Positions 33,032 through 45,478 of a DNA stretch of 64,000 nt are shown one piece after another. Under the pieces are notes generated by a model. The model had not been told where the DNA came from. It worked only from the letters and a program-made list of their open reading frames with translations, and did no database searches. Each line of letters starts with the position of its first letter. The first letter of the stretch is position 1. Location of the stretch: the NCBI GenBank assembly GCA_047495785.1, contig JBLDXI010000015.1, forward strand, positions 3,286,001 to 3,350,000. Direction: 5' to 3'. Position numbers and translations under genes: made by a program. The stretch is from Lepidodermella squamata. Taxonomy: Eukaryota; Animalia; Gastrotricha.

Positions 33032-34830
33032 ATGCAACATGTGCTGAAGAAACGTTTTATTTTGGCCGCTTTGGTTATATTTGTACTATGGAACTTCATG
33101 CAATTGTTCCGGACAATCGGCACTCCGCCCGAGGAGGAGGTAATGCTTTTTATTTCGTCATTTGCGCTTCGCAACTTCATTAATCATGCAAATCAAGTCA
33201 CAGTCTCTATTCTCTATCGCTGATAAGGTTTGAGACCTGGGTTTCTTTTGGGTGTTTTTACGAGTCGAATAAGTTCCCTGAAAATCTTCATTTATACTGC
33301 TTTGGTCGCTCATAATGTTCTATTTGTAAATTCTTTGATCTTTTTTACAGAAATCTCTGGATCAGGCGGTTGACCGTATGACAAAGCTCATTTCTGAGCT
33401 GCGTGGTGCTATAGCTGAAGCTCGAGGCTTTAAATCGGAAATGGAGACATGGTTTTCACGAGTAAAACATATTAAAGATATCTCTAACGGGACTAGTAAG
33501 TCCGTCGTAGATCTCCTGACTCTTGTACTAATGAACCATTTTTCAGTCGATCTTGTCAACAAAGAGTTGGCTGGAGACAAAGAAGTCGAAAAAGGCGGCG
33601 CGACCGAAAATGAAAACCCCATCAATTATGATGCCCTGAAACTTGCTGTTATACCTGTACTGGTATTCGCATGCAATCGACCGACGGTTTCAGTCCACAT
33701 AGAACAGCTGCTTAAGTAAGATTCTTACAGAGTTAGCGCAGTATTATCATTCACTAACGTTAATATAGGCACAGATCGAGTCCTCATCGCTTTCCCATAA
33801 TCGTTAGCCAAGACTGCGCTCACGAAGAGACCAAAAAGTCAATTCTTCAATACGGTGATGCGGTTAAATTGATTGAGGTTTGTTCACTTGCTGATTGCAA
33901 AAGAAGGAATAAACCAGCTTGTATTTCATTTCAGCACCCAGATCAATCGGACATTGAAATAACTGATACAAAGCTGAAGAAATACGTCGGTTATTATAAA
34001 ATTGCTAGGCACTATAAATGGGCTTTGAACCAAGTTTTTCATACCCTCAACCACTCAGCTGTGATAGTAACTGAAGGTGAGTTGATCGACCATTGTTTAT
34101 TTATTATTAAAAGCAAGAAATTTCAGATGATTTGAATATCGCTCCGGATTTTTTCGAGTATTTCTCTGCCGTGTACCCTATATTGGTCAAAGACAAAACC
34201 TTGTGGTGTGCGTCTGCATGGAACGACAACGGAAAAGACAGCCTTGTGCTAGATCTCCCTGATCTTCTACATCGAACAGATTTTTTCCCCGGCCTTGGTT
34301 GGATGATGACCAAAGATTTATGGAATGAAATGGGACCTATCTGGCCTGCGACCTTCTGGGACGATTGGATGAGGCACCCGGATCGGCGGAAAGATCGCGC
34401 ATGTATTCGGCCAGAGATAAGTCGAACGACCACCTTTGGTCGCATCGGCGTTAGCAAAGGCCAATATTTTGATAAACATCTTAAATTCATTCGGCTTAAC
34501 ACAAAGTTTATCCCTTTCACTCAATTGGATCTTTCTTACTTGGAAAAAAGCCGTTATGATGTCGAGTTTCATAAACAAGTCTACAGTTCGCCGGTTATGA
34601 GCGTTGCCGATGTTCAAGGTGGTAATTTCCCTGACGTTCCCGCTGTTAGAATTTCATATACTGACAAGGCCAGCTTCAAGGAGGTTGCGAAAACAGTCGG
34701 TGTGATGGACGATTTTAAAAGCGGTGTGATGCGAATGGCTTATAGAGGCGTGGTTTCAATCGGCCAACAGGGCCATCGAGTTTACATTGCTCCTTCTGCC
34801 AATTGGTCTGCGTATGATACCTCGTGGTAG
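33032..34830 (+). CDS. MGAT1: N-acetylglucosaminyltransferase I (GT13)
   Basis: Type II anchor; IPVLVFACNRP, FPIIVSQDC, YYKIARHYKWAL, EDDL, CASAWNDNG, RTDFFPGLGWM, FWDDWMR, CIRPEISRT. Exons 33032-33139, 33351-33495, 33547-33715, 33769-33877, 33935-34076, 34127-34830. Confidence 0.96.
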
Positions 34831-35798
34831 TGAATCCGTTAAATTAATCTATGTGTTACTCCATGTCATTTCTCACTACATTATCAATATTTTTGCGAGA
34901 GCCAAGTTAGATGCGAATGATATCCATATTTTTGAGTGATCCGACGGTGTTATTTATTCTGAACCTACTTCAAATGATGGAATTGTTTGGCATCTTGAAA
35001 AAGCAAATTGTTGTTAATAATATGTGGATCATCGTATATTTGACCTGCGGAGGCTACTGTGATATTTTATTACTCAAAAAATCGCGCAAGAATAGGCGAA
35101 ATAGCTCAGAAAATCATAAATTTGATGCCACCGTAATCTTGATTCGTGAAACTACGAAAAATCGAAATTCCCTGATAATCACTATTACGTTTGTTGCGGT
35201 CGTGAAGTTTATTCCCGAGTCTATTCCACCCTAATAAGCCGCAGCAATTAAACTCGTCAACTATTAATGTATTTATTTTAACTGGTCAGTTCGTGTAGTC
35301 AAAATCAATAATATACCACTATACTTGTGTGTGAGTCGATTTCACACGTCTCTTTTTGTGTTTTTGTTGGCCATAGCTGCTGCGTTTTTCTGCTGGCCTG
35401 CTCATCTCAAAGTGCGAAGGCTGAACTATTCTTCACTGCGCTGAAAGTTTAGTAGACATTCATCTAGCCTGATTGCAAACCTTATCGCATAATATCTAGA
35501 GGTAACTTATATTGCGTTTTTGTCTGGATTCGCGTGAAAATTGTATAATAATGATATAAAGTTATACATCTATTGGCCTTCTTTCTTTCTTTTATTGTTG
35601 GTAACTGCTCATAATGCCCGTTATGAAGACAACATATGTATGATACAAATTATATTAATTATCGCTTCTTTTTAGTTTCACATTATTTGGATTTTGGAAA
35701 AGAGTAAAAAAAGATGAAACAGTGTGAATGTCGAGATTAATGTTACCTTTAATTTTTAGGGAATAGCGAAGCTTTAAAATTGGCTGAAGGACGATGCT

Positions 35799-37714
35799 AT
35801 GATAAATGTGAATTTCGTGCTAAATCTAGCCGCGTTTTGGGTCGTTTACAATGCGACGATTTTCGCGCTCAAGCACAATCCGATTGGGCGACGAGTTTTG
35901 GGTCGGCTAGGCCTGTTCGGTTTCGAATTCGAGTGGCTTCAAATAAAATGGTTCACGTCTCGATTCAATCGACCCCTGTCTAGGCTGGTCTCGCGATTTC
36001 GGCCCATCGTCTGGAGGCGATGGTTTGCTCTCGGATCTTTCTTCACATGCATCATCACCCTGATTTCAACCATGCTGCTCAGTTTTCTGTTGTTGAACAC
36101 GTTTTACGACAAGTATTTGAAAGAAGTCGCCGAACCGACTGCGGTACCGCAAGAAACCAGTCACAAAGCCCTGGTACCTTTGATACCAGGGGTGAATTTA
36201 CCGACGAGTCAGGTTATTTACGTTTTAATCGCACTGTTCGCCTGTGCGGTTTTTCACGAAATGGGACATGCAATAGCCGCGATAGCCGAACAAGTCCGTC
36301 TTAACGGCTGCGGCGCCTTCGTTTTCCTCATTTACCCGGGTGCCTATGTCGATTTGACCACGGATACCCTGCACGACCTGCCACCGAGTCACCAACTCCG
36401 CATTTATTGCGCGGGTGTTTGGCATAATTTGGTAATGTGTATCGCCGCTGTTGCTTTTCTGCTAATTCTACCCTGGTTCGTGTGGTCCCTTGTTTTCAAC
36501 ATCGATAAAGGGGTTGTTGTTACGAATGTGGCGTACAACTCGCCACTTTCCGGACCTCGCGGCTTAGTGCTAGGCGACGAGTTGACCGGCGTGGCGAATT
36601 GTTCCGTCAAAAACTCGACAACGTGGCGGAAATGCATTTCGCAGGCGCTTGATGAACCTCAACTTGGCAATTGCCTCCTGCCGTCTTCAGTTGCATCGAA
36701 TGACGATACGGACTGTTGCTCATCGCAGAACAGCTCAAATTCGCGGACAAATGCGTGTTTTTACTATGGTGAATCGGAATCGTCGAAGCAATTTACTTGC
36801 CTACCTGCCCATTCTGTGGTCAATGACCGGCCGTTTTGTCAACTGGACAGCGACTGTTTAACTAAACCGTCTCGGTTGCGAGAGGTTTTGCGGGTGGAAG
36901 CCGAGGCTAAGAATGAGAAGCCGATTTGCGTGTTTCCCAAAGTCGATAAAATGGCAAGATTACTACCAGTTTTCCGGCGAAATCGACTGCCTCTGCTTTT
37001 CTACGGCTACCCTTCAGATCTATTATATTTTTGTAAGCCAATTTCAACTTTTTTATATTACAGCGAAGATTTTACGATTTTTCGAATTTGTAGTTGACCG
37101 CTAAAAGTGGTGAATTTTAGATTTTAGTGTCCTCAGTCAGTTTTGTGTGGTAAATTTTGAATTTTTAAGATGAACAATTTAAGAAGATAATTAAAGTAAT
37201 TGATTTCGATTTTTACGTTTCGATGACGTTGAGAGATATAATTATTGGATAAAATGGTTTGACTAATTTTCCAATTGAAAAAGCAGTTCTTTGATTTTTT
37301 TCTGAAAACTCAAATTCTCCAAAAATTATCCCAATGTCCTAAACCAGTTTTTAGATGGTTTTTAATTTTCAATTTTTTTGTGACTATTTTTTTGAATTAG
37401 TATAATTTTCTGTTCTAGCAACTGTGAGCGATTACATCCCGGTGACCTCAGCAATGCCAGCTACGGTACCTATCGTAGTTGACACTCTGCTTCGCTACAT
37501 TCTTTCAATATCCGGCGCACTGGTCCTCCTTAACGCTGTGCCGTGTTACGGCCTCGACGGACAGTACATACTCGGCGCACTTGTTGAGCAATTTATGCCC
37601 GATAGGAGCAAGGCAAAACGGCCGTTTCGTCGGCTCGTCCACAATGCAATACTGGCCTTTGGCACAGTCCTCCTGCTTGCTAATGTCGTTCTCGCTTTTT
37701 CTAATTTATTTTGA
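35799..37714 (+). CDS. MBTPS2: Site-2 protease (peptidase M50A)
   Basis: IPGVNLP, HEMGH, IYCAGVWHN, PDZ-like region with Cys-rich insert, NAVPCYGLDG. Exons 35799-37032 and 37419-37714. Confidence 0.95.
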
Positions 37715-37817
37715 TGATATAACGAAAGTTGTGATGAAGAAAAATGAATTTGTTGGAAATGTTGATCAATAATGATTTTATTAACTTTTTATAGCCAAAC
37801 TTATACTATAAGGCGTG

Positions 37818-38167
37818 ATGAGCTTGACCACCGGCTTTTGGTCCCGGTTGGCGCAACAAACATCAATTGCTCTACGCATTCAAGCATCATCACGAAGCTT
37901 CCATGCTCGACGCCCAGTGGACGAGCGCAGAGTTTATTTTCGGACCAAAAAGATGACATCACCACGCGAGTTCATCTATGGTATTAAAATTTATACTGAA
38001 AACAAAATGCGGTAAACATTTTTTGCGGTCTACTTTTATTAGCTAAACCTTCGCAAATGGTTGCCCATGCTAAACCGGTCAAAGAACCCAGTGATGGTCC
38101 TTTGATTGCCGCCGTTGCGGCTTCAATAGGTTTCGGCGTTTTCACCGCCTACCGCGTTTCACAATGA
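37818..38167 (+). CDS. 95-aa putative mitochondrial single-pass microprotein
   Basis: Exons 37818-37980 and 38043-38167 (phase-1 GT-AG intron). Arg/Ser-rich, acid-free N-terminus with R-S-F-H cleavage-like site; C-terminal TM LIAAVAASIGFGVFTAY. Confidence 0.7.
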
Positions 38168-38400
38168 TTCGCGAAACATCTTACGAAATTCACAAACAGC
38201 GCTATCGGCGCTAACCTTCATGCTTTCAACCAATTTTTTAAGTCGCTTTTTAACAACTCGATTCCATTGTTTCGATCGCTTGCGCTTAGTTGAACGATTT
38301 TACGCTAAAATTTTGATTACTGGCAACGTTAATTCATTCATATTTCGTGATTTTTTTTAGTTTATTTAGTTGTTGAAATATTGTTGTTTGAGGCTTAGCC

Positions 38401-39488
38401 ATGAGAATTTCGCCGTTGGTTGTTGGTTTGTCCCGGTTTGTTGCTGCTGCCCAACCCGTAAGCCGGTCGCCTCTTCTCATTTCCGGTCAGATGAACAAGG
38501 CGACGCAATTTCAACGATTCTTTCAAACTCAGACATCGCAGACGAGCAGCTTTCTATTGGCTGGTCACAGCCATTGGCATAATATTAAGGCGACGAAAGA
38601 AGCGAAGGATAAAGTGAAATGCAACACGATTTCGCAGTATATCGGCAAAATTAGGAAATGCATCGCTGGTGAGTTTTATCTGATTGAATTTTTAATCAGC
38701 CAGTTATTAACTTGTTTATTTCGCCTGAAGCCACGGGTAATCCTGAGCCGAAAACAAACAGTGAACTCGCTAAGCTGATCGAAGAAGCACGAGGACGCGA
38801 TGTCCCGAAAGACTCTATCGACCGGGCCTTGAAAAACGTAAATTAAATAATTTTAAGGTGGATTTTCTGTAATCAATGATTTTTTTTCTAGAGCCTTCGA
38901 GGCGCTGGCAGCAAAGTTGTTATTCTGGAAGCCCGCGGGCCCGGTGGAGTTGCTTTGATTATCGAAGGCTTGACCGATAAATTGGCCAGGCTTAGGTCCG
39001 AAGTTGGATGGATTTTGAAGAAAAATGGGTTGGTTTTTCATTCTTGTGAATTGGAATTTTAGTAAAATTACGCTTTTCTCAGAGGTCAATTTGCTGATTC
39101 AAACTCGATCAAACATCAATTTGTTGAAAAGGGGACTATTGATGCTCCCCTGCCGGCTACTATCAAGCCTGAGCAGGTGGAGGATATTGCGATAGAAGCC
39201 GAGGCGGAGGAGTTTTCAATTGATTCCGACTCGAACCCGCCAATCGTTCGATTTTTGTGTGACGCCGCCGAGGTTTACAAGGTGTGTAATGCATTGAAAG
39301 CCAAAGGTTTGGTAGACGCCGCGGCTCAAATCGAATTTCTACCGCAAATCATGCGGCCAATCGACGAGCCGACCGGCCAACAGCTCGATAAACTACTGAC
39401 GCTTGTCGAAGAGCATGTCGAAGTTTTACGGATTTTCAACAACGCCAGTGTTGAAGAATCGCAGCAAGAACAAAAAAGGAAGAACTAA
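38401..39488 (+). CDS. TACO1: Translational activator of cytochrome c oxidase 1 (YebC/PmpR family)
   Basis: Mitochondrial presequence, AGHSHWHNIK, VPKDSIDRAL, EARGPGGVALIIEGLTD, C-terminal VLRIFNN; 4 exons. Confidence 0.92.
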
Positions 39489-39583
39489 AACTATTTTACG
39501 TTAAATTGAACTATTAGGGTATTATTATTGAAAAGAATAAAATTCTTCAGCGTGTCGAGTTTCGAAATCAAACCGGTGTTTTT

Positions 39584-41688
39584 TTATAATTTCCGCATGC
39601 GAGGTACAAAACAGACTACAGAGTTATTGTTCAAAGATGCTAGCAACATGATATTGTCTTGGTCGTGAATTGAGGGGCCCTCCTCATCTTCGTCTTCATC
39701 ATTTGCCTCGTCGTTCCTGTCTCTGGTGTTGGGTTCTAGGAAATGAAGGCAAACAGCCGGTGCCGATAACGCCTCGCTTTTCCAGGCCGAAGTAACACTC
39801 GAGTTAACAGCTGATTGTAAATCTGCGAGAATCTAAATTTTCCAGATTTTATGATGGCCTAACGCCTTAATTAGTCGCAAAAATTACCGAAATCTTGTTG
39901 TCGGCTTGGGAAACCAGTAGAAGATTGGAAAATATGTCGAAGTGCGGTAAAATAGGGTGATAAATTGACCCTTCACTTGTGGGCCCGTCTGGGTAGTTCG
40001 AACTAGCGACTTTGGTGATGAGGTAGTGATCCCCTGACGAGGCACCGATTGCGAAAAGATATACACAGCCGTAGCCGTGAATGTCGGAAACAGCTAATAA
40101 ACGTCGCTTTTTAGCTGTTTGGCTTTCGAGTGGTCGGGATAAGGAGCAAGAAATAGGCTTGAAATTGGTGACACTGCGTGGTTTTTTGATGCTACTCTCG
40201 GATTGTAGATCTCCGTCTTCCAAAGACCAGGCCGAAATATCGAACTGAGCATAAGGATCACAGCAGTATAGAACTTTGTTGTCGGGATCAACCTCCAGTC
40301 CGCAAAAGGTCCGGTAATTTAATTTATTAGGACGCACAAAATACGTCAAGTCAACAGATCCGCTCCAAGTTTCTGCCGTCAAATCGTACAAGAGTTCGAC
40401 TAGCGAACAGGTGAAGATACCGTGATTGACCTTTGACAGCGTCACATATAGCCGATCGTTCGTTGGGTCAAAAGCGCATTTCGCCAGATTGATCTTCTTC
40501 ATTTTAGCCTCATCGGGCAGGGTCATATTAACCACAAGTTCCCGCTTCATATCGCTTGGATTGAACAGCTATAACACCACAATTAGTTGTGTTTGACATT
40601 TGGAAATGATGCTTACCATCAGTTGCCCTTCTTGGCAGACTGCTATAACTCGGCGCCGTTTGCTAGTGACCGAAAAAAGACCGATTACCTTAGACGGTGC
40701 TTTGAGGCGCTGCTTTGCCGGTTCAGTGGGAATCCTCTCCCAATACTAATAAACGTTATAAATAATGACGTAATTCCGATAAAGATCGCGAACCTCGTTG
40801 TATTGATCCTTCAGTTGCTGATATTTAGCATTGTTGCCCGTGGTAATGCTCCGAACACTTAGCTCCTCAACTTCTTCAGCAGCTACATCTTCAACTTTCG
40901 CAGATTCGTCATCCACCTTATTTTCTTCCGCTGCTTCTGTTGGCTCGGCATTGTTCGACTCATCAGCATTCACAGTTTGATCTTCTGCAACTGGTTCGGT
41001 TGATTCATCCTTCGCTGATTCATCGGTGGGAGGATGCTGACCATCTTTATATTCCAATAGCTTGGCTTTCAAGGCCTTCACTTCGTGCTGATGTTCAGCC
41101 AGCAATTTGACGATCGCTTCTGGGGGCGTATTGAACTCACCAAGTTTGCGCAAAATGTGGTTAATTCTAGGTTCGATTTCCTATAAGATATGTACCAGTT
41201 ACTCCATCGTGTGGAAGTTTTTAGTCACAACTTACCCTTTTTACTTTGAAAGCTTTGTTGGCTACGTCTAACTTTCGTCTTTCAGCATCTTCGACTACCG
41301 AATCAGATTCTTGAAATAGCTTTTTCGCTTCTTCCTCAAAGTCTGCTGTGTAAGGTTGCTTTTTTATCCGTTTGATCAAAGACTCCAGGGACTCGTGAAC
41401 TTCTTTGAAATTCCTGCTAGTCTTTTGACCAATAGTCTCGCATATTGATTTAAGCTAAGGATTGGAACATTTGAAGCTGCGCTCGGGTTTTTCATTAGGA
41501 TGGAATATTACCTCTAGCGCTTCGATGCTAAGATCGGTTTTGAGATCGACGAGATGATTCTTCAGATGTTCGTCGCAGTAAACTTTTGAACAATGACGGC
41601 AATTTTTCCGAGATGATTCGGCGTTTTCGCAATCTGGTTCGAAGCATTTATCACGGAACTGTTGAAAATTCACCGTTTTGCGGCTCAT
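39584..41688 (-). CDS. RING-less TRIM-NHL-like protein (B-box-like + coiled coil + beta-propeller)
   Basis: C-x4-C-x9-CRHC-x4-C-x2-H-x3-H, a helical region, an acidic linker, then NHL-like blades (CAFDPTNDRLYVT, GLEVDPDNKVLYCCD, LLAVSD, LLVSQADNKIS). Six exons; the last (39833-39584) ends MRKL. Confidence 0.65.
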
Positions 41689-42653
41689 TTTGCCTCGAAA
41701 TATAGTAACTTTTCAGTGCGTGATCAAGTAAAATGAAGAATTGCTTGATCAAACATGATGAATGCGAATTTACCGCAATCATTGATCTACGCATACTTAT
41801 TCATCGTGCAGTGTAGCCATTCACCACGCGTTTGCACTGAATTTATTGATCGGTATGACGTATATAAGGTGCTTGCATGGTCAAAAGAATCACCAAACCG
41901 TTTCAATTTTTTTATTTCTGCTCAAATTCCAAATGAGGTAAACAGCAGCTGGCTATTTCTCGCAATCATAATAGGAGAGCCGGCAGCTGAAGGATGAAAG
42001 ATGATAATAATGAGCAAAAATCCAGGTATTTCCAAAGGTCAGACATTGATTAACTTGGCCCTCGTGGTTCTCGCGAGGTCTCAATAAGGATGTTTTACAT
42101 TGTTATAACACTGCGCGTCGGTAAACTTGAGCCTTTTCCATGGCGAATGTGATCTTAGCAAAACACTTCTCATCCCATTATTCGCTTGACAATAGTGTGG
42201 AACTACTGTCTCGGTAAACATTGCGCGCGCGAAACATGAATCTAAACGGATCAGAAGAACAACCTGCCCTAGTTTGCTTTGCCATAAAAAAATACATTTC
42301 TATGCATCATTATCAGTATATCTATCGTGTAGTACCACTGCAAAAACTCTGCAAAACGTTTGTTTGCCAAGATTTCGCAGTGAAAAATGTAGTTCATGCT
42401 ATAGGTAACTGATGAGCCTCTTGATTGTCTCGAATTAACTAATGCAGCTTTCACTATACCGGCTTATATAACCTTCCAGTCTTCTAATTTGTGGCTAAAA
42501 AATATCACTTCGGTGAGAGCTTACATCTTGTTTTCATCTGCCGGAATCGGTTTTCATCTATCCAAAATTTCGTCCCGGAAATTCAGAAAACGTGCAGTTT
42601 TCGTGTAATCTGGAGAAAAATTACCGGAATTTCGACCAACCATCCTGCTAATA

Positions 42654-42880
42654 TCTGGTCCTCTACAGTGTGGTCTGATACTCTAGTGCAGGGGGGGGGG
42701 GGCAAAGTTCATTCATATTTTCAATGAGGAGCTTGGAAAAATTTAAGAGTTTCATGAATTGAGACATCGATCTTTTCAATGGAAAGCAACTCTTGAAATT
42801 CTTCAATTTTTCCAAGCTCCTCATTAATGAATGAACTTCGTTCCCTGCACTAGTATCAGACCACACTGTAGAGGACCAGA
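42654..42880. mobile_element. Foldback MITE with long TIRs
   Basis: tctggtcctctacagtgtggtctgatac pairs with gtatcagaccacactgtagaggaccaga; inverted symmetry continues inward for roughly 90 bp. Confidence 0.85.
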
Positions 42881-43507
42881 AAATATTCCAATTGGCTGGG
42901 ATGGGGATAATGATAGTAGGAGCCCAAGCTATACTATAATAGTCTTAAAGCGAGTTTATAGCCTTGAATCCTGCTTGACTGATTGATAAAAAAATTATAT
43001 ACCCATTGTGTTTACCTGCATGTTTAGATGAAAAAATATGCTGGTTAATTAGATGAAAAGGACAATTGCTAGATGAAAAAAGATGTTGGCAGATGAAACA
43101 AATTCTCCCCCGGCGACGAAATTAAAATCGGCATTTGGAAGATTTAGGCGTTCTTCATTCATAAATTCTATTTCAATGAGTTCAGCCTTTTCAGCATTTA
43201 TTAATTCGCTCAATACTGCCTTTTCCGGTTTTGCGAGAGAATTTCAAGATCGATCAAAAAATCCAAATAAATTCGCCGTGATTTTCAGTAGAAGGCCTGG
43301 TCAACCATTTTCAGACTGTCGCGTCTATAGACAAATTATTCGAAAATGGCACCCAAGTTTGCGTTTGGTGCCAAGTTTTCAAATTTGACTCCTCTTCTGT
43401 CAATTTTAGTTCCGCAACAGGCAAATTTGGCTTCATTTTATCCCGTATTTCAAAACCATCCTCTTTCACCTTAATGCAACTAATTGAAGTAATAGCGAAG
43501 TGACATA

Positions 43508-43764
43508 TTTTATGAAATTACATCTTAGGCCGGATTTTGCGGAGTCAAAGTCCAACTACGTGTTGCTCTGATGGTCTATATGATAGCATCAATGGGATCA
43601 ATGGGGCTTGGCAGCACGCGATTCTATCAATTGATTAACATAGTGTGAAAAAAATTCACACCCACCAACCCGACCAGCCCCACTATCGCGACCGACCCAG
43701 CAACAAGTAGTTGGACTTTGACACTGCATATCCAGACTAAGATGTAATTGCATTTCGCATAAAA
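43508..43764. mobile_element. MITE with ~50-bp imperfect TIRs
   Basis: aattacatcttaggccggattttgcggagtcaaagtccaactacgtgttgct versus the reverse complement of agcaacaagtagttggactttgacactgcatatccagactaagatgtaatt. Confidence 0.8.
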
Positions 43765-44097
43765 GTGGTTAGAGGACAGCTACTGACAAAAGTTTGCGAT
43801 CGAAAGCAACAAATTTGCTTTTCTTTGACTGCGAACAATTAAAATCTCAGACGTCTATTGAGAGTAAACAACTTTTTTTAAATAAGGGAACGCACCCAAA
43901 ATATGCCCTGTAGCAAGAATCTCGTTAATTTTATCCACGAAACTAAAGTATAGTTTAATTTTCGCCAACACGCGTGACTGGTGTTTGGCACTGCTCAATT
44001 ATATGTGGGTTAAATTATGACTGTTTTTCTATATAATATTATAGTGAGATGAAAGTTCCTCAGTAAAATTAGTTCATGCACCGAGATTTGACACACC

Positions 44098-44682
44098 ATG
44101 GTCCACGAGCATGAGTATCTTATCGAAGACGACGCAAGGAACTCCTCTCAAAGCAGCAATGACACGATCACTTCGCCTCATGATCATGGATCTCACTTTG
44201 ACAGTGCTATAATAGTTGGAATTGTCGGAGCTATCTGCGTGTTCATTTGCTTACATGCTTTAGTTGTGAGCGCGATTTACAAGAGCTGTAAAGGCAAAAA
44301 ACCTCGCTTTCCCCGGTTATCGGCTGCTGCCATGAATCAAGCTCCGCCATCCATTCAAGCGTTGAATTTTTCGTTCAGATTTTTTCTGTATCAAATATTT
44401 CCGTGCGATTGCTGTGTGAGACACGCTGCTGAGGATTCGGCTGTTCCACGACAGCGGCCAGCGACTGTGCTTACGCTTTCATCATTCAGCGATGGTCCTA
44501 ATGCAGGGCACTTCGCATCGACTTCTTTCATTTCAAGTACGGTTACTAAAGCGTCAGACTGGAATGCTGCCCCGCCTTCTTACCAAGAAGTGATGATTTA
44601 TCTTCGAACAACAACCCTTTCTGACCTCGACGAAGCGGAATATTGTTCGCATCCTGTTAACTATGCCGGTGAATTGGTCTAA
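44098..44682 (+). CDS. Intronless single-pass membrane protein with PPxY motif, paralog 1
   Basis: N-terminal sequons, TM AIIVGIVGAICVFICLHALVVSAIY, juxtamembrane Cys, PPSYQEVM; homologous to 48913-49422. Confidence 0.8.
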   Translation: MVHEHEYLIEDDARNSSQSSNDTITSPHDHGSHFDSAIIVGIVGAICVFICLHALVVSAIYKSCKGKKPRFPRLSAAAMNQAPPSIQALNFSFRFFLYQIFPCDCCVRHAAEDSAVPRQRPATVLTLSSFSDGPNAGHFASTSFISSTVTKASDWNAAPPSYQEVMIYLRTTTLSDLDEAEYCSHPVNYAGELV

Positions 44683-44849
44683 ATTTTCAGAAATACTGTG
44701 CATTTTTATATTTGAGAAATTAAAAATAATAAATCAAATAAATTAGTATTGAGATTTTTTGTATTTTAAGAAAAATAAAAATACTAAGAAACAAGACGAA
44801 AGGAAAAAACACGCTTAAAGGATTTTGAGACCAAACCTATTCTTGATTT

Positions 44850-45356
44850 GGTGAATAGTAAGTTGGTACCCGCAAGTTCGTAACGTGCTCATTTCGTAAC
44901 AACCCAGGTACCTTTTCGTAACGCATTTAATTTCGTATCAACAGACCTACCTATCAACAGGTCGTTATATTGTGAATTAAACCTATAAATGTGAGGCAGT
45001 CTAACCTTTCGAGCCCAGGGCCTTGTTGTTTCGGGTTGTTGAGTAGAAACGATCGGGAACTAAAACAGGGTTGGGTAGCTCAGGCTTAGGAAGCTGAACT
45101 ACTTGGGGTTGGGCTTGAGGCTGTTCCATGGGTTTACGTGTGCTGTTGATACGAATTGATCACCATTCTTTATTTTACTTACGCTTGTTATGAAAAGATC
45201 ACCATTTTGGAATTTTAATCAGGAGATATTTTTTTGTTACGAAAAGGTCACCACTTTCGATACGAATATGTCTTGTTATGAATTTACTCTATATGGAAAT
45301 ATCACGTTATGAATATATCACGATATGAATTTGCGGTTACGAAATTACTATAAATC
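44850..45356. mobile_element. Non-autonomous DNA transposon with subterminal repeats
   Basis: Imperfect TIRs (atagtaagttggtacccgcaagttc / gaatttgcggttacgaaattactat). Repeated ttcgtaac units at the left and inverted gttacgaa/gttatgaa units at the right. Confidence 0.7.
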
Positions 45357-45381
45357 CTTATCTCTATCTCTAAAACGATTA

Positions 45382-45478
45382 AGAACAAGCGAGTGTTTCA
45401 TTACAATGCGGATTTTTCAAGAAAAATTCAACAAATTAAGCGAAGGATATTGCATTATATTTCATTTTCTCCTATTTC
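45382..45478. repeat. 97-bp direct repeat, left copy
   Basis: agaacaagcgagtgtttcattac...attttctcctatttc recurs at 46176-46272 with 3 mismatches. Confidence 0.92.

Noticed and set aside
37818-38167. Calling the microprotein EMRE/SMDT1
   Set aside because: Lacks the conserved acidic C-terminal tail; similarity is limited to KPVK.
44870-45350. Spaced short repeats suggesting a CRISPR-like array
   Set aside because: Repeats are 8-10 bp, irregular and inverted between the two ends, as in transposon subterminal repeats; the DNA is eukaryotic.
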